From Gracilinanus agilis (lineage: Eukaryota), in assembly GCF_016433145.1 (NCBI RefSeq), contig NC_058133.1, positions 35,214,492-35,278,491 on the forward strand: 64,000 nucleotides of DNA, written 5' to 3'. Of this stretch, positions 22,800 to 36,429 are shown piece after piece. Position 1 is the stretch's first letter, and each line of letters opens with the position of its first letter. Position numbers and translations under genes: made by a program. Below the pieces are notes generated by a model. The model ran no database searches. It had not been told where the DNA came from and saw nothing but the letters and a program-made list of their open reading frames with translations.

Positions 22800-23510
22800 T
22801 CATTAGTCAAGTCAAAAAGAATTTATTGCTATGTGCTAGGTATGTGCTGTGCTAAGTGCTCAGGATCAAAGAAAGGGGAAAAGTCTCTTCTCTCAAAGAG
22901 CTCACAGTCCAGTGGGGGAGACATCATGCAAAAACAAGATTTAGATAGGATAAACTGGGGCTAATCTGTAAGAGAAGGCCCTAGCATGAAGGGGGGAGGA
23001 AATGGGCTCCCCCAGAAGGTGGGCTTTTATCTGGGACTTGAAGGAAGCAGGAAAGCCGGAAGGAGGTGGAGACGAGAAGGGACAGAATTCCAGGTTTGGA
23101 GTAAAGCTGGTGGAAATTCCCAGAATTAGAGATGGAGTGTTTGGGGCCCAGGACAACAGAGACCAAAGTTCCTAGTCTATAAGGGGGATTAAGGGGTAAG
23201 AACACTGGGGAGGTAGGAAGAGGCCAGGCTGTGAAGAGCTTTAAAAGCCAGAGGATTGGATATCAGATCTTAGAGGTAACAGGGAGCCACTGGAGCTGAT
23301 TGGCCCTGGGGACGTTATGGTCAGACCTGCATTGTAGGAAGGCCAATTTGATAGGTGAGTTGAGGGGTGGACTGAGACTTAGGCAGGCAGACCCCTCAGC
23401 AGCTCTTGCAATAGTCCAGGTATGAGATGATGAGGGTCTGTACAAGGGGGCTGGCAGTGTCAGAGGAGGGAAGGAGGTGAATTCAAAAGATGCCACGGAA
23501 GGGGCAGCTA
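22800..23510 (-). mobile_element. L2 LINE 3' region
   Basis: Reverse L2 tail (aagaatttattgctatgtgctagg) followed by typical L2 body. Confidence 0.8.
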
Positions 23511-23880
23511 GGTGATTCAGGGGCTTGAGAGCCAGGTCTAGAGATAGGAGGTCTCGAATCTGGCCTCAGACACTTCCTAGCTGGGTGACCCTGGGCAAGT
23601 CACTTCACCTAGCCCTTATTACTCTTCTGCCTTGGAACTAGTAGCTAGGTAGCATAGTGAGTGGAGTGCCAGACCTGGAGTCGGGAGGGCCAGGGTTCAA
23701 ATGTGCCTTCAGACACTTTCTAACGATGTGATCCTAGGCAAGTCACTTAACCCCAATCCTCTAGCTCTTCCTGCTCTTCTATATTAGAATTGATACTAAA
23801 ATCCTATAAGCATGGAAAAATATTAAAAAACAAAAAGAATGATACTAAGTCAGAAGGAAAGGGTTTAAAAAAGAAGCCAA
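23500..23880 (+). mobile_element. Two tandem CORE-SINEs
   Basis: Heads at ~23500 and ~23642, both with cores. Confidence 0.8.
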
Positions 23881-25219
23881 AAGAGGAAGGCCTGAAGATG
23901 AGCGGGGGAGAGAGCTGGGAAAGCCGAGGAGGCCTGGGAGAGAAGGGGAAGCAGGGCAATCAAATGCCTGGCACTGAGAGGGCCTAGGGCATCCCAGGCA
24001 CAACCACGCAGCAAACTAAGGACTGTAGATATCATTGTCCCCATTTTAAAGATAGGGAACTTCAATGAGTGAGGTAGAAGCAGTTGAAACAGGATTTGAA
24101 CCCAGATCTTCCTGATTCCCAAGCCCAAAGCTCTACCATCCCCAGGGCTTGTGGGAGAGGCAGTGAGGCTCCTGTCTTACTGGATGCAGAAATTAGCAGC
24201 AGAGATGTTTGGCTTATAAGCTCTTGTTTCCTGTGTCTTAGTCACCCTGAGTTGTTTAGTAAAATTACTTTTGGGAAAATTCCATTGGCTCTCTCTGCAA
24301 CTAGGAGAATGTCCACCCGTAGGCCCTGGCCTAGAAGGTCTCAGTGCCCTTGGAGGGCAGTGAGCAGGTACTTGGGGGCAGGGCCAGGCCTTGGCTAAGC
24401 AGGCTGGCAGAGAGGCCCAGGAAAGAGGGGAAAAGGAAAGCTTGTGGACATTGACCCCATGGTGACTGGGCTGGGCGTTCCCCCCTCCCTACCCACCTTG
24501 TGCAGTTCTGGGTTGTCCTGACCTTCCTGGAGGGTAGAAACTGATGTGGGGGAAGGAGGGAGAGCCAAGGAGACAACTCGTACCCACGTTTCAGTTCCTG
24601 TGCCCGCCGGGGCCTTGAGCCTGCTTTGGTCTCCCTTTTTGTCCTCTGCCCCCCACAGGATCCTGGTTCTTGTCCAGTGGCCCCTTCAGGTCACTCTGGC
24701 TGGGTCCAGGGCACCCTCTGGCTCACCCTACATTCCTCAGGAGGCAACGACCTCTACAGCCTCCTCAGGAGTCTTCCTGTGCCCTCAGCATCCCAGGAAC
24801 ATGCCCAGTGGCCCTTTAAGTTCTCACGGGACCTCAGTGGTGGCCAGGCACACTTATGGAACATGTTCTCTGTCAACTTGTCCTTGTAACTTCTCATGGG
24901 AGATTCCACTTAGCACCATCATAGCCCCATTATCCTCTCTCCTCCAGACCCAAAAGGACCCCAACCACATCTGGACAGCACCGTTTCCCTCATGACTAGA
25001 GCTCAGGGACCAGTAAGGATCCCCCAAATTCTAGGGACCCCCCCAAACCAAGGGTACTTAGAAAGCTCCCCAGCCTCAGAGGGAGAAACCCTGAGGGGAC
25101 CTTCGAGTCATTCAGTCCTCCCAGTACCTGAGCTTGCATCCTCTTGGAATCATTTCCCACATTTGCCTGGAGGCCAGAACACAAACCCCTCAATTGGGCC
25201 CTGAAAGATCCCCCCAGTC

Positions 25220-26050
25220 TGGCCGGAGCCCACTTTTCCACACATGACTTTCCTGTTCAAATTTGCCATTCCAGCTGAATTGGCTGATTCTATCTCCCCA
25301 TCTTTGAACCCATGTCTGGAATGCCTTTCCTGCTCACCTGTCTCCTTCCTAGAACCTTAGCTTCTTTGAAGGTTTACTCACATGCTTATTCCTACAGGCA
25401 ACCTTTCTTTAACCTCTCTAATTGATAGATTCTCTCTTCAAAGTCTCGTTTTTGCTTCTCGATTGCTAAATCTTGTCATTTCTGCCTTTGGGACACCTCT
25501 CAAATACACCTCTTTCTCTCCTCTGACACTGCTGGCCTTCCGGTGCAGACCCTCATCACCCCCCTCTTGGACTAGTGGTGGTGACTCTCCCAGCCTCAGG
25601 TCTCCCATCATCCATTCAGTCACTAAAGCAATTTGCCTAAAACACAGTTTTGACCATGTTCTCCCACTATACAACAAACTCCAGTGGCTCCCTATTACCT
25701 CTAGGACAAAATATAAACAGCTCAGAAATTTCACAGCTTGGCATCTTCTTGCATTTCCAGAACGCTGGCTTCCTTACTGTTCCTGGAAGAACAAGACACT
25801 TGCTTACAATGGAATGCCAGTCTGTTCACGTCTGCCTCTTGGAATCCTTGACTTCCTTGGAGACTCAGTTGAAATCCCACCTTCCCTGAGACCTTTTCCA
25901 GCCCCCCACCTCAAAACTACCTGTGTATTTGGACATGCTGTTCTCCTTCCCCTTTGGAACTTAGGTTCCTTGAGGGTAGATCTTCATGTATTGGTATCTC
26001 TATCTCCCAATGCAAAGCTTGGCACACCATCGGTCCTTAATGAAAGGAAA
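25220..26050 (+). mobile_element. L2 LINE 3' fragments
   Basis: ccatgttctcccactatacaacaaactccagtggctccctattacctctagg; terminal gcttggcacacc...taatgaa. Confidence 0.75.
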
Positions 26051-26399
26051 GAAGAGTGTTGAGCAGTACCACGCACTGTAGCAAGGCTTAAGGCTCCACG
26101 TATGGCAGCAGGCTGAAGGGAGGCAGAAAAGAGCCCTCTAGCCTTGTCTCCCCCCATTATCCTTCGTGGGTTCTTGGCAGGAGGGGCAGTGGGAGGCACT
26201 GTGCTCTCCTCAGAGAGAAAGAAAGGTGCCTCTCTGCTCCTTTAAAAATTATTAGACATGGGTATAGGATCAGGTTCGAACTAACTTGATTGCTCTGTCA
26301 TTTTGGGAGGTGGTGGGGATGCCTAGCTCTTTCTCCAAGGCTTGTTCCCTTTCTAACCAAATACCAGTTCCATGAGAAACACATATAGCAATGAGCCAA

Positions 26400-26975
26400 G
26401 AAAACCCATTTATCAGAAAAAAAATTGGAAAATGAGGGGATGCTCTTTGACTGGGGAATGGCTGAACAAATTGTGGTATATGATGGGGATGGAATAATAT
26501 TGTACTGAAAGGAATGATGATCTGGAGGAATTCCATGTGAACTGGAAAGACCTCCAGGAATTGATGCAGAGTAAGAGGAGCAGAACCAGGAGAACATTGT
26601 ACACAGAGAGGGATAAACTGTGGCATAATCAAATGTAATGGACTTCTCTATTGCAGCAATGCAATGATGCAGGACAATTCTGAGGGACTTATGAAAAAGA
26701 TGCTAACCACACCCAGAGAACTGTGGGAACGGAAACGCAGAAGAAAAACATAGGATCAGTCATGTGGTTTGACAGGGATATGATTGGGGTTTTGGTGTTA
26801 AAAGATCACTCCACTGCAAATATGAATAACATAGAAAATAGGTTTTGAACAATTTATATGTGTGTAACCCAGTGGAATTGCTTGTCAGCTCTGGGAGTGG
26901 GGAGGAAAGAGGGGTGGGAAAGATCATGAATCAGGTGACCATGAAAAAATATTCTAAATAAAAAGAAAAAAAAAG
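26400..26975 (+). mobile_element. Marsupial L1 3' end (ORF2 tail + 3'UTR + A-tail)
   Basis: ggggaatggctgaacaaattgtggtat...gaattccatgtgaactggaaagacctcc...aataaaaagaaaaaaaa. Confidence 0.88.
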
Positions 26976-27138
26976 AATCAATATTGGTTTCAACCCCCAT
27001 TGCCTAAGGGCTAGGCAATGGGGTTAAGTGACTTGCCCGAGGTCACAAAGCTAGGAAGTATCTGAGGTCAAATTTGAACCCAGGACCTCCCATCTCTTAG
27101 GCCTGGCTCTCAATGCACTGAGCCACCTGGCTGTCCCC
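26975..27138 (-). mobile_element. CORE-SINE with an internal micro-inversion
   Basis: Standard minus-strand copy whose 3' part is replaced by an inverted 12-15 bp segment (see findings). Confidence 0.85.
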
Positions 27139-27319
27139 TGGGCCATTTCTTTCTCCTTTTCTTGGGACTTCTTTTCCTCAGATGAGCACTGCCTGGGTCA
27201 TGATGACCTACCAGAGTACCCAGGGGTGGGAAAAACATGAATCATGGAACCATGGAAAAATGCCCTAAATAAACAAATAAAAGAAAAAAGAAAACCCATT
27301 TGTCCAAATTGCAGCAATT

Positions 27320-27900
27320 TGGTGGTGGTACAGTATATAGAGCCCTGGCCTTGGAATCGGGAAGATCTGAGTTCAAATCTTAGCCTCAGATATTTACTAG
27401 CTGTGTGACCCTGGATAAATCACTAAACCTCTTTCTCAGCCTCAGTTTCCTCATCTATAAAATGGGGATAATAAAAGTACCTTACTTCTCAGGGTTGATA
27501 TACAAATGCTAACTATTATTAATTATTATACTGCCCTTAGTTAGAAGGAGACCACTCAAGGCAGCCCCTTCTACTTTGGGGAAACTAATACAATTGTTAC
27601 AAGTTCTCCCTGATGTCAAACCTAAAGTGACCTCCCACAACTTCTAATTGCTCCTGGTTTTGCCCACTGGGGCAAGCTAGGTGATACATTGAGTCAGGAA
27701 GACCTGAGTTCAAATCCAGATCCATACACTTACTAGCTGTGTGGCCCTGGGCAAGTCACTTAAGTCTGTTTGCCTCAGTTTCCTCATCTTTAAAATGAGC
27801 TGGAGAAGGAAACGGCAAACCACTCCAGGATCTCTGCTGAGAAAACCTCAAATGGGGTCAGGAGGAGTCCGTCATGCCTGAAACAATGGAATGAATGTCC
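27320..27900 (+). mobile_element. MIR and Mar1-type SINEs with an L3 fragment between them
   Basis: cctcagtttcctcatctataaaatgggg; gagctggagaaggaaacggcaaaccactccagg. Confidence 0.8.
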
Positions 27901-29329
27901 CAAACAGAATCGCAGGCCTTCAGATATTGAAGATGATAGGAATCTCTTGAATTTCTCAGGCTATATAAGCTGAGGTCCTCCAACCAATCAGACTGAAGGT
28001 CCTTCCCCATTCTAGTTGCCCTCCTCTGGACACTGCGATTGCTCAATGCTCTTCCTGACACATGCTGCCCTGAACTGAACCCAGTTCTCCAGACGAGGTC
28101 TGGCTGGGCCAGAGGGCAAAGGGCAGAGAGCAGTCTCCTCCTTATTCCCGAAGGCTCTGCTTCTCTCCAGATGGCACCTGCTCTTGTTCGCTGCTCGCTG
28201 CCTATCAGGAAACCTGCCCACTAAACCCCACACCTACCCTCCCTTCCCCAGGAGCGTTGCCATAGAGCCGCAGCGGCATCCAGACGTCACCAAAAACTCC
28301 CCAAGTTTCTGTGGAATTTTTGGCTTTGTAAGAACTTTCTTCAACCATGAAGGCCCAGATGAAATGAGGGCAGCCGGGGCAGACCCGACCCCCACTCTTG
28401 CAGTGGGGGGAATCTTGCATGAAGATAAGGAGGGATGCTGTTGGGTCAGGTGGGGGCAGGGACCAGGAGGGGAGAGCAGGCCAGAAGGAGGGGTAGAGGG
28501 GGGGAAGACTATACCAGCCCAGCCTCCATTTCCCTGAGTGTTGTCCTGGAGAAACACCATTTATTTCTCTTCCAATTGATGGAAGGGCAGCCTCAACCCT
28601 CGAGGCCAGTGGAGCCTGAATTAGGAAGGCTGTTTCTTTGCCTTCCTGTTTTATTGGCAATTGCTATTAAAAGGTTCAGCCAATTTACAAGGATTTGAAT
28701 CAAAGCCAACAAATACCTGGTTGGGGATTGAGAGAGGGGAAACTAACTCCTGGGAGATTTTCCTTAGCTCAGGCTGAGAAGGGAACCGAGCCTAGGAGAG
28801 AGTTAATTAATGCAGCTAATGATACCTGAGATCCCCATACCCCAGACTGCTGGTGACCTCAGGAGAGACTTGACAATGAAATGAGCCAGTAAAAAGGGGA
28901 GGTGGTGGTTGGGGTGTTTATTCAGGTAATCACCGCCCTGCCTAGCACCCAGCCAACACCCCACCTGACTACATTTATCATCCCATTTCCTTTTAAATTA
29001 TTTAATATTATTGATCTCTTTTATCACCTTCACTTACAAATGTACCCTTTCTTCCTCCTCTCCCCAGAAAATAATCCCTTGGGACAAAGAAAAAAGGAAA
29101 TATTAAAAAATAGTTCAGACCAGCGTATTGACCGTGTTCTGTACCCATAACCCTCTGCCTCTGCACACAAGGCTGGGAGGGGTGTTTTCTCATCTCTCCT
29201 CCAGGTCCAACCAGTCATTACAGTTGCATAACATCATTTCCCATTTTTTTGTTGGGGGTGTTCATTCCATTTACATTGTTGTAGTCACTGTGCAGGTTTT
29301 CTGATTCTGGTTACCTAACTTTGTATCAG

Positions 29330-30570
29330 TCAGTCGGTTAAACTAGCATTTATTAAATACCTATTACATACTGCTGATGCAAGACAGCAAAATCACAGTC
29401 CCAGCCCTTTAGGAGCTCACAGTCTAATGGAAGAACCCAAATGCAAAGCAGATGTCGACAGACTGAATTGGTGGACCTCCACAGAGGGAAGGTGCCAGCT
29501 TTAAGGGGGATTGGGAAAGGCGTCTTGTAGAAGGTAGGATTTCATCTGGGACTTGAAGGAAGCCAGGGAAGCCAGGAGATGAACCCGAGATGAAAAGGCA
29601 TAGGACGAAGTGAGTGAAAATCCTGGGAGTAGGTAGAGTCTTGTAATTAAGGAAGATCAAGGGGAGGGGACTACTGTACTTGAAACAAAAGGTCCGTGGA
29701 GGAATGTAAGGTATGAGAAGACTAGAAAGGGGGGGCAGCTAGGTTGCACAGTAGATAAAGAGCCAGATCTGGAGTTGGGGGGATCTGGATTAAAATCTGG
29801 TGTCAGATAATTCCTAGATGTGTGACCTTGGGCAAGTCACTTAACCACAATTACCTAGCCCTTGCCCATCTTTGGTCTTAGATACTAAGATACTTAGAAA
29901 TTAACACAGAAGGTAAGAGTTTAAAAAAAAAGACTGGAAAGGTAGAAATGAGAAGGATCATGAAGGGCTTTGAAAGCCAAATAGGGGGTTTTATAGCTAT
30001 CTTGAGGGTAATGGGAGCCATTGGAATTGAGGGCAATGATAGGGTCAGAACATTTTAGGAATATCACCTTGACTGCTGAGTGGAGGAAGGGTTGGAGAAC
30101 GGGATAGACTTAAGTCAGGGAGATCAACCAGCAGACTATTACAACAGTCTAAGAGTGAGGTGATCAGGGCTTCTCCCAGAGTAGTGCCAGTGCCAGAGGA
30201 GAGAGAGAGGGGAATAGAGAGATGATATTCAGGAAGGTCAAGTTGGCAGGACTAGGAACCAGATTGGAGACAAGGAATGAGAGTGAGGAGTCGAGGACAG
30301 CACCTCCATTTTGAGCCTGGGTGACTGGGAAGATGGTTGTGCCGTGGACAGCATAAGGAAAGTTAGGAAGAGGGGACCATTTATGGGGAAAGACAAGAAG
30401 TTCAGTTTTGGACAAGATGAGACTTCTAAAAGGCACTTGGACATATGAGACTTGGAGATCAGGAAAGAAGTTAGGATTGCACAGGTAGATAGGAGAGACA
30501 TCTGCGTAGAAATGATCATCCGGACCAGGGGAGCTGATGAGATCCCCAAGCGAAATAATCTAGAGGGAGA
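29330..30570 (-). mobile_element. L2 LINE 3' region interrupted by a SINE (29722-29930, +)
   Basis: Reverse L2 tail (gcatttattaaatacctatt) at ~29345; L2 body resumes after the SINE. Confidence 0.78.
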
Positions 30571-30984
30571 AGTTCCTGTAAGTTTTCCCAGGCTTCTTTG
30601 AGTTCTTCATGCTCATTATTTCTTGTAGCCCAGCAAAATTCTATTACGTTAGTGTATCTTAATTTGTTTAGCCATTCCCCATGGATGGAAATCTCCTTTG
30701 TTTACAATTCTTTACTATTACAAAAAGAGATGCTGTGAGTATTTTTACATCTATAGGATTAATTTTTTTGTCTTTGTCCTCCTTGGAGTATGTGCCTAGT
30801 AGTGTGATCTCTGGGTCTATCAACATTTTAGTCACTTTTTTTGTGTGATTTCAAATTTCTTTCTAGAATGACTGGATCAATTTAGAGCTCCACCATCTAG
30901 GCATCAGTGTACCTATCTTTCCACAGCCCTTTCAATATTGATCACTTCCATCTTGGGTCAATCTGCCAGTTTTGGGGGTATTAG

Positions 30985-31155
30985 GTTTAAAGCCTTACCT
31001 AGAGATGGGAGATCCTGGGTTCAAATCTGGCCTTAGATACTTCCTAGCTGTGTGACCCTGGGCAAGTCACTTAACCCCCATTGCCTAGCCCTTACCACTC
31101 TTCTGCCTTAGAACCAATAGGCAGGATTGATTCTAAGATAGAAGGTGAGGGTTTA
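30985..31155 (+). mobile_element. CORE-SINE inserted in a minus-strand L1 fragment (30570-31260)
   Basis: cctagagatgggagatcctgggttcaaatc...gaaggtgagggtttaaa, flanked by L1 ORF2-end text. Confidence 0.8.
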
Positions 31156-31379
31156 AAGTCTTCGAGCTACTTTCATTTCTCTTATTAGTGATTTGTAACA
31201 TTTGCTCATGTGGTTGTCGATACTTTGTAATTCTTTTGAAAATTGTTGGTTTATATTCATCAAACACTTTTCTAGTCCCCCAGATTTTTCCCCCTCACAG
31301 GAACTATCATTTAGCTATGTCTCCTTAATATTATAATTGTGCAAGTGATTTTTTTAAAAACATGAGCACAAGACTTTAT

Positions 31380-31640
31380 ATATAGCCCTACTAAATTTCA
31401 TCTTATTACATTCATTTTTATGCCACAGTCAAATAATATATATTTGGGTCTTGAATCTCTCGTTCAGTGTGTTAATATTCCTCCCAGCTTTGTGGCATCT
31501 GAAAATATAATGAGTGGGCCATTGATTCCTTTAAGTAATTGATAAACTATGTCAAATAGCACAGAGCCAAGTATGGATCCTTGTGCCACTGTTCTAGGGA
31601 CCCCCTTCCAAGTTGACATTAACCCATTAAAGACAACTTC
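31380..31640 (-). mobile_element. CR1/L3 RT fragment (motifs 4-5)
   Basis: Reads VPRTVAQGSILGSVLFDIVYQLLKGINGPLIIFSDATKLGG, matching CR1 QGS.LGP.LF / FADDTKLGG. Confidence 0.85.
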
Positions 31641-33095
31641 CTGGATCAAATCATTCAATAATAACCACATATAGCATTTGAATGGGCAGCTAGGTGATGC
31701 AGTGACTAGAATGCCAGGCCTGGGGCCAGGAAGACTCATGAGTTAAAATTTGTCCTCAGATACTAGCTATGTGACTGTGGGCAAGTTGCTTAACTTTGCC
31801 TCAGTTTCCTCATCTGTAAAATGAGAAGGAAATTGCAAACCACTCAAGTATCTTTAAGAAAACCCTAAATAAAGTCATGTAGAGAGATCTACGACCGAAA
31901 GAGGCATTTAAACAGTGTTTTAAAATTTGCCAAACCATATATTATTTAATCCTCACAATAGCCTACCCAAGAAAGTGCTGTTATTCTTCTTCTCATTTTA
32001 TAGATAAGGAAACTGAGAGATTTTCCCAGGGTCATACAAAGTCTCTGAGGTAGAATTTGAACTCAGGCCCTCCAGATTCCACATCTAGCTCTTTTTATGC
32101 ATGAACATATGTACCTACCTGCACTATAATACAGCCTGCTTCTCTCCATCTTTAGCATGAAAAGCTTCAGGATCCCAAAGAACTTAGAAATGCCAGAGAT
32201 ACTCCCTACTGCTGAGGTCTCACTATATGTCAGAGATTCTTAAGATTTTAGAGGCCTTGGAGAAGCTGGAGTTAGAGATGTCAGAGAAAGACCTAACTGG
32301 GCTGCCTCAGTTGGAGCCATGAGTGACCTCTGTGGTCAGTTCTGGGAAGTAGGTTAGGAAGGGCTTTGCTCAGCCCCAGAGTGCCTGGGGGAGCCAGCCA
32401 GGACTGTCCCTGCCCCAGGGATGGAGGCCCTCAGTGCACCAAGGCCTGACATCTGTAGACCATGCTGGACCCCTGCCCCTTGTCCCCTTGGATTTTCACA
32501 ACCTCACAATCCCATGAGACGAGTGGGACAGACGCCACGACCCCCGCCTGACAGATGAGGCTCCTGAAGGTCAAAGGACTTGCCCAAGATCACATAGTTT
32601 GTGTCAAAGGTGGAATCTGAGCCCAAGTCTACACCAGGCGCAGAAGAGAGAGCTGAGGGGCTGTGGGCAGTGGTGTTCACTTCTCTGAAGGCTTTCGTAG
32701 TGTTAATATGTTGTTTGGCTCTAGAGGACGCAGCCAGAAGTTTAAAATGTGTGTGGCTAATAATATAGCTTAGCAGAATATTGGAGTGGAAAGAGAGCTG
32801 GATCTGGCATCAGTTCAAATCCCACCTTTGACACATTACTTTCCACGTGGCCCTGGGCAGGTTCTCGTCTTTTGTGGAGCCTCAGTGCCCTTGTCTGTGT
32901 GAGGGGAGGGCTGGTTCAGAACGTTTCAAAGCTCCATTGGAGTCTGCACTTTTCCAGCGGGTTCACTTTGAGTTGGGGCTATCAGGCCTCTCTCCTAAGC
33001 CCTCTCTAGGGCCCGAACTGGGTTTGAGCTAAACACTCAGTACACAGGAGATGCTCCATAAATGTGGACGGCTTTGCATGTTGTTGTTCTGCACC

Positions 33096-33101
33096 TTTAT
33101 T
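33096..33101 (-). terminator. Candidate distal TMEM125 polyA signal (AATAAA); a second, L2-derived one lies at 33401-33406
   Basis: tttatt on the + strand, ~790 and ~480 nt downstream of the stop. Confidence 0.5.
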
Positions 33102-33110
33102 TGGGAACCT

Positions 33111-33392
33111 GATCTGAGATGAGAGGGGTTAGCTGGGCCAGAGGGGGAGAGTCTCTGAGCTGGGGTAGGAGTCAGAGGAGAATTCCTGGGCTGGGCTAGG
33201 GTGGTCAAAGGGGGTCCCTGAGATGGGATGGGGATCACAGGGGGATCTTTGAGCTGGGATGGGGGACTTAGGGGATCCATGAACTGTTATAGGGGCCAGA
33301 AGAGGAATCTCTGAGCTGAGATGGGGGGGTCAAAAGGGGTTCCTCTTATGGGATGGGGGTACAGAGGAGTCTCTGAGCTGGGATGGAGGAAT
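33111..33392. repeat. Degenerate ~30-bp minisatellite (about 8-9 units)
   Basis: Recurring ctctgagctgggatggggg-tcaaagggg unit. Confidence 0.8.
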
Positions 33393-33888
33393 AGTAAGAA
33401 TTTATTAAGTCCTTTTGTGCCAAGTCCTGTGCTAAGGGCTTCTCAAATATTCTCATTTAATGGGCTCTGAAAGAGTCTCCGACTTGGGATGGAGGATTTT
33501 CTGTTTGTCGGCTTTTCGGGGGTTGTTGGAAGGTGGGAGGTTTTGGGATCCCCAAGAAGGATGGAGAAATGGTCTGCAGGACAGGTAAAGGGTTTCTGAT
33601 TCCAGATAACTTCTAACTGCCCAAGCAGGACTAACATGTGAGCCAGACCTGTTAGTGATGATGGGAAATGGGAGGACAGAGATGGGGGCCTCAGGGGAGT
33701 CCTGGAGATGGGAGTTCAGGTGAGGAGGCAAATCCTGGAGGTCAGAGATGGATGGAAGAAGGTGGAGGCTCAAGGGCAGAGACAAGCGGTGAAGGTGGCC
33801 CCTGATGGAGGTGGGAGGCCAAAGGCTGGTCGTTGGACCTAGAGGTCACCAGTGAAAGTCAAAGGAAAGGCAGCTGCTCCGAGGTCAG

Positions 33889-34596
<708 letters not shown>

Positions 34597-34919
34597 CTAG
34601 GCTGGAGCTAGAGAGGACCAGGGTAGGAGAGTTCTGGGAGACAGAGGGGGAGTCACAGGGGCTTCAAGGGCTTAGCCTCATGGCTGCCTCCTGCCCCACA
34701 GCTGGCCTAGACCCTGGGGGTCTAGTCCCTCCACATAATCCACAGCAAAGACATTGTCACCTAAGAGGACAGAGACATAGTTGAGATCCTTGCTTGCTGC
34801 TCCTGAAAGATACCCTCTTCCTCCAGATTATCTTTCCTAGGAAGATCTCTGTTATCCTTTCTCCAGCACCCCTCCCTGGGGTCCTTTGACAATTCCTCCT
34901 TTCCAGCAATGCCCCTCTC

Positions 34920-35115
34920 CTATTCTCCCAGCAGACCCTCTCCTCCATCCATCTTTCTCTTCCTTCCTTCCCTTTTTTCTCTTCCACCTTTCAAGATTCC
35001 TTTCCTTCTTCCTTCCCTCCCTCTCTTCTTCCCTTCCCTCTTTCTTTTCTTCCTTCTCCCTTCCATAATATTTTTCTCCCCCCCCCTCCCCCCATGTAGA
35101 AAGAATTTTTTTCTT
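34920..35115. repeat. Polypyrimidine (CT-rich) low-complexity tract
   Basis: Nearly pure C/T on the + strand, in the intron upstream of the TMEM125 coding exon. Confidence 0.9.
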
Positions 35116-36429
35116 GCCCACCTTTCAAGATTCCATTTTTCTGGCTCCTTCATGTTGAGCTGGTTGGGTCCCTATCTGGACAGCTCCAAAGCTGTGCTCA
35201 CAGCAGCATCCCCAGCAGTGCCTGGAATAAAAAGGCCCATTGAGACTCAGGCCACTCCCATGACCTCAGCTGCCTCTTGTCACCACCAGCTCCATGGGGC
35301 TGCAGTGTAACTGTTTAGCACCCAGAGAGCTGGAACCCCTTATGCCCAGGGCCTAGTCTCTTTCCCAAAGGAGAAGGGGTTCATCCCTAGGGGTCATTGT
35401 CTTGGCTAATTGCAGGCACTTGCTAGGTAGTAAATTCAGGATAGGGCCCTTAATGCTCACCCATGATCTGAAATCTAAAGACACAAGAGCCCCTGGTCAA
35501 TAAGGAGAAGAAGAGAGCAGGTGAAGCTTTGGCCAGATGCCCAGTGGTCAGAGGCCCATCCCCGACACCAGGTGCTCTGGAAGCCCTGAGACATTAATCA
35601 ACTTACCTTGATCTCAGACTTCTTTCTCCAACCCAGGGATTTTCAGATTTTTTGGTCCAGATTCCTTTATACTTTTAAAAATTTCCCATCACCCCCAGGA
35701 ATTTTTATTTTTGTAGAATATACCTTTTGACATTTACTTTATTCAATACAAAAACATCTTGGTATTATTACGAAGATAGTTTTGATTTCAAAGACCCCCT
35801 GAAAGGGGACCCTTAGAAACCCAGGAGCAGACTTTGAGAACTGCTCTTCCAGTGATCCTTCCCCTTTCTGGCATTCACTGAGTCCTTGCTTCTCTCCCCA
35901 ACCCCAAAGATATGGCATCCCTGGCCATCATCTCCAGCCCTGCCTATACCTCCTCTCCCCAAGTCCTGTGACAAAGTCAGAATCCTCTTTGCTCCTCACT
36001 GCTGCTTCCAGAACCTTCCTTTGTTGCCATGGCTCACCATGGCTGCCATGAGGTTCAAGCTCTCCAAGTTTGCCACCCAACCCATATCCTAATAGCCATT
36101 ATCTACCAGCTCCAAAATCATTCCCCTTCTTTCATGAGGGATTCAGTTCCTGACTTACTGCCTTGTCATCTAACCCTTTACCAGGAGGCTTCAATGTGCA
36201 TATTGATGTTCCCCCAAACACTCTGAGCTCCTAATTTCTCAGGCTCCTCAATTACCATGACTGCCTCCTCCTCCTCCTTTCTTTCACTCAGTTTTCTCAC
36301 GCAGGGATGGATGGTGACACCTTTGATCTTACTGTCATCCACAAGTGTTCACAAAATCTGGAAATCCTTTATCTGCTCCTAATCTCCCATCATTCCATCT
36401 CTCCTTCTGCCTTATTCTTCTGAAACTTA

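Noticed and set aside
25382-26062. 226-aa ORF
   Set aside because: Lies in decayed L2 sequence with no start context or homology beyond L2.
27955-27995. Apparent CCAAT plus TATATAA promoter
   Set aside because: The motifs fall within a decayed L3/CR1 segment (ttctccaggcta...ttcaaccgatc-like) and are probably coincidental.
35625-35850. Possible old hAT MITE (ends tttgagaactgc)
   Set aside because: Only one TIR-like end and no TSD could be identified.
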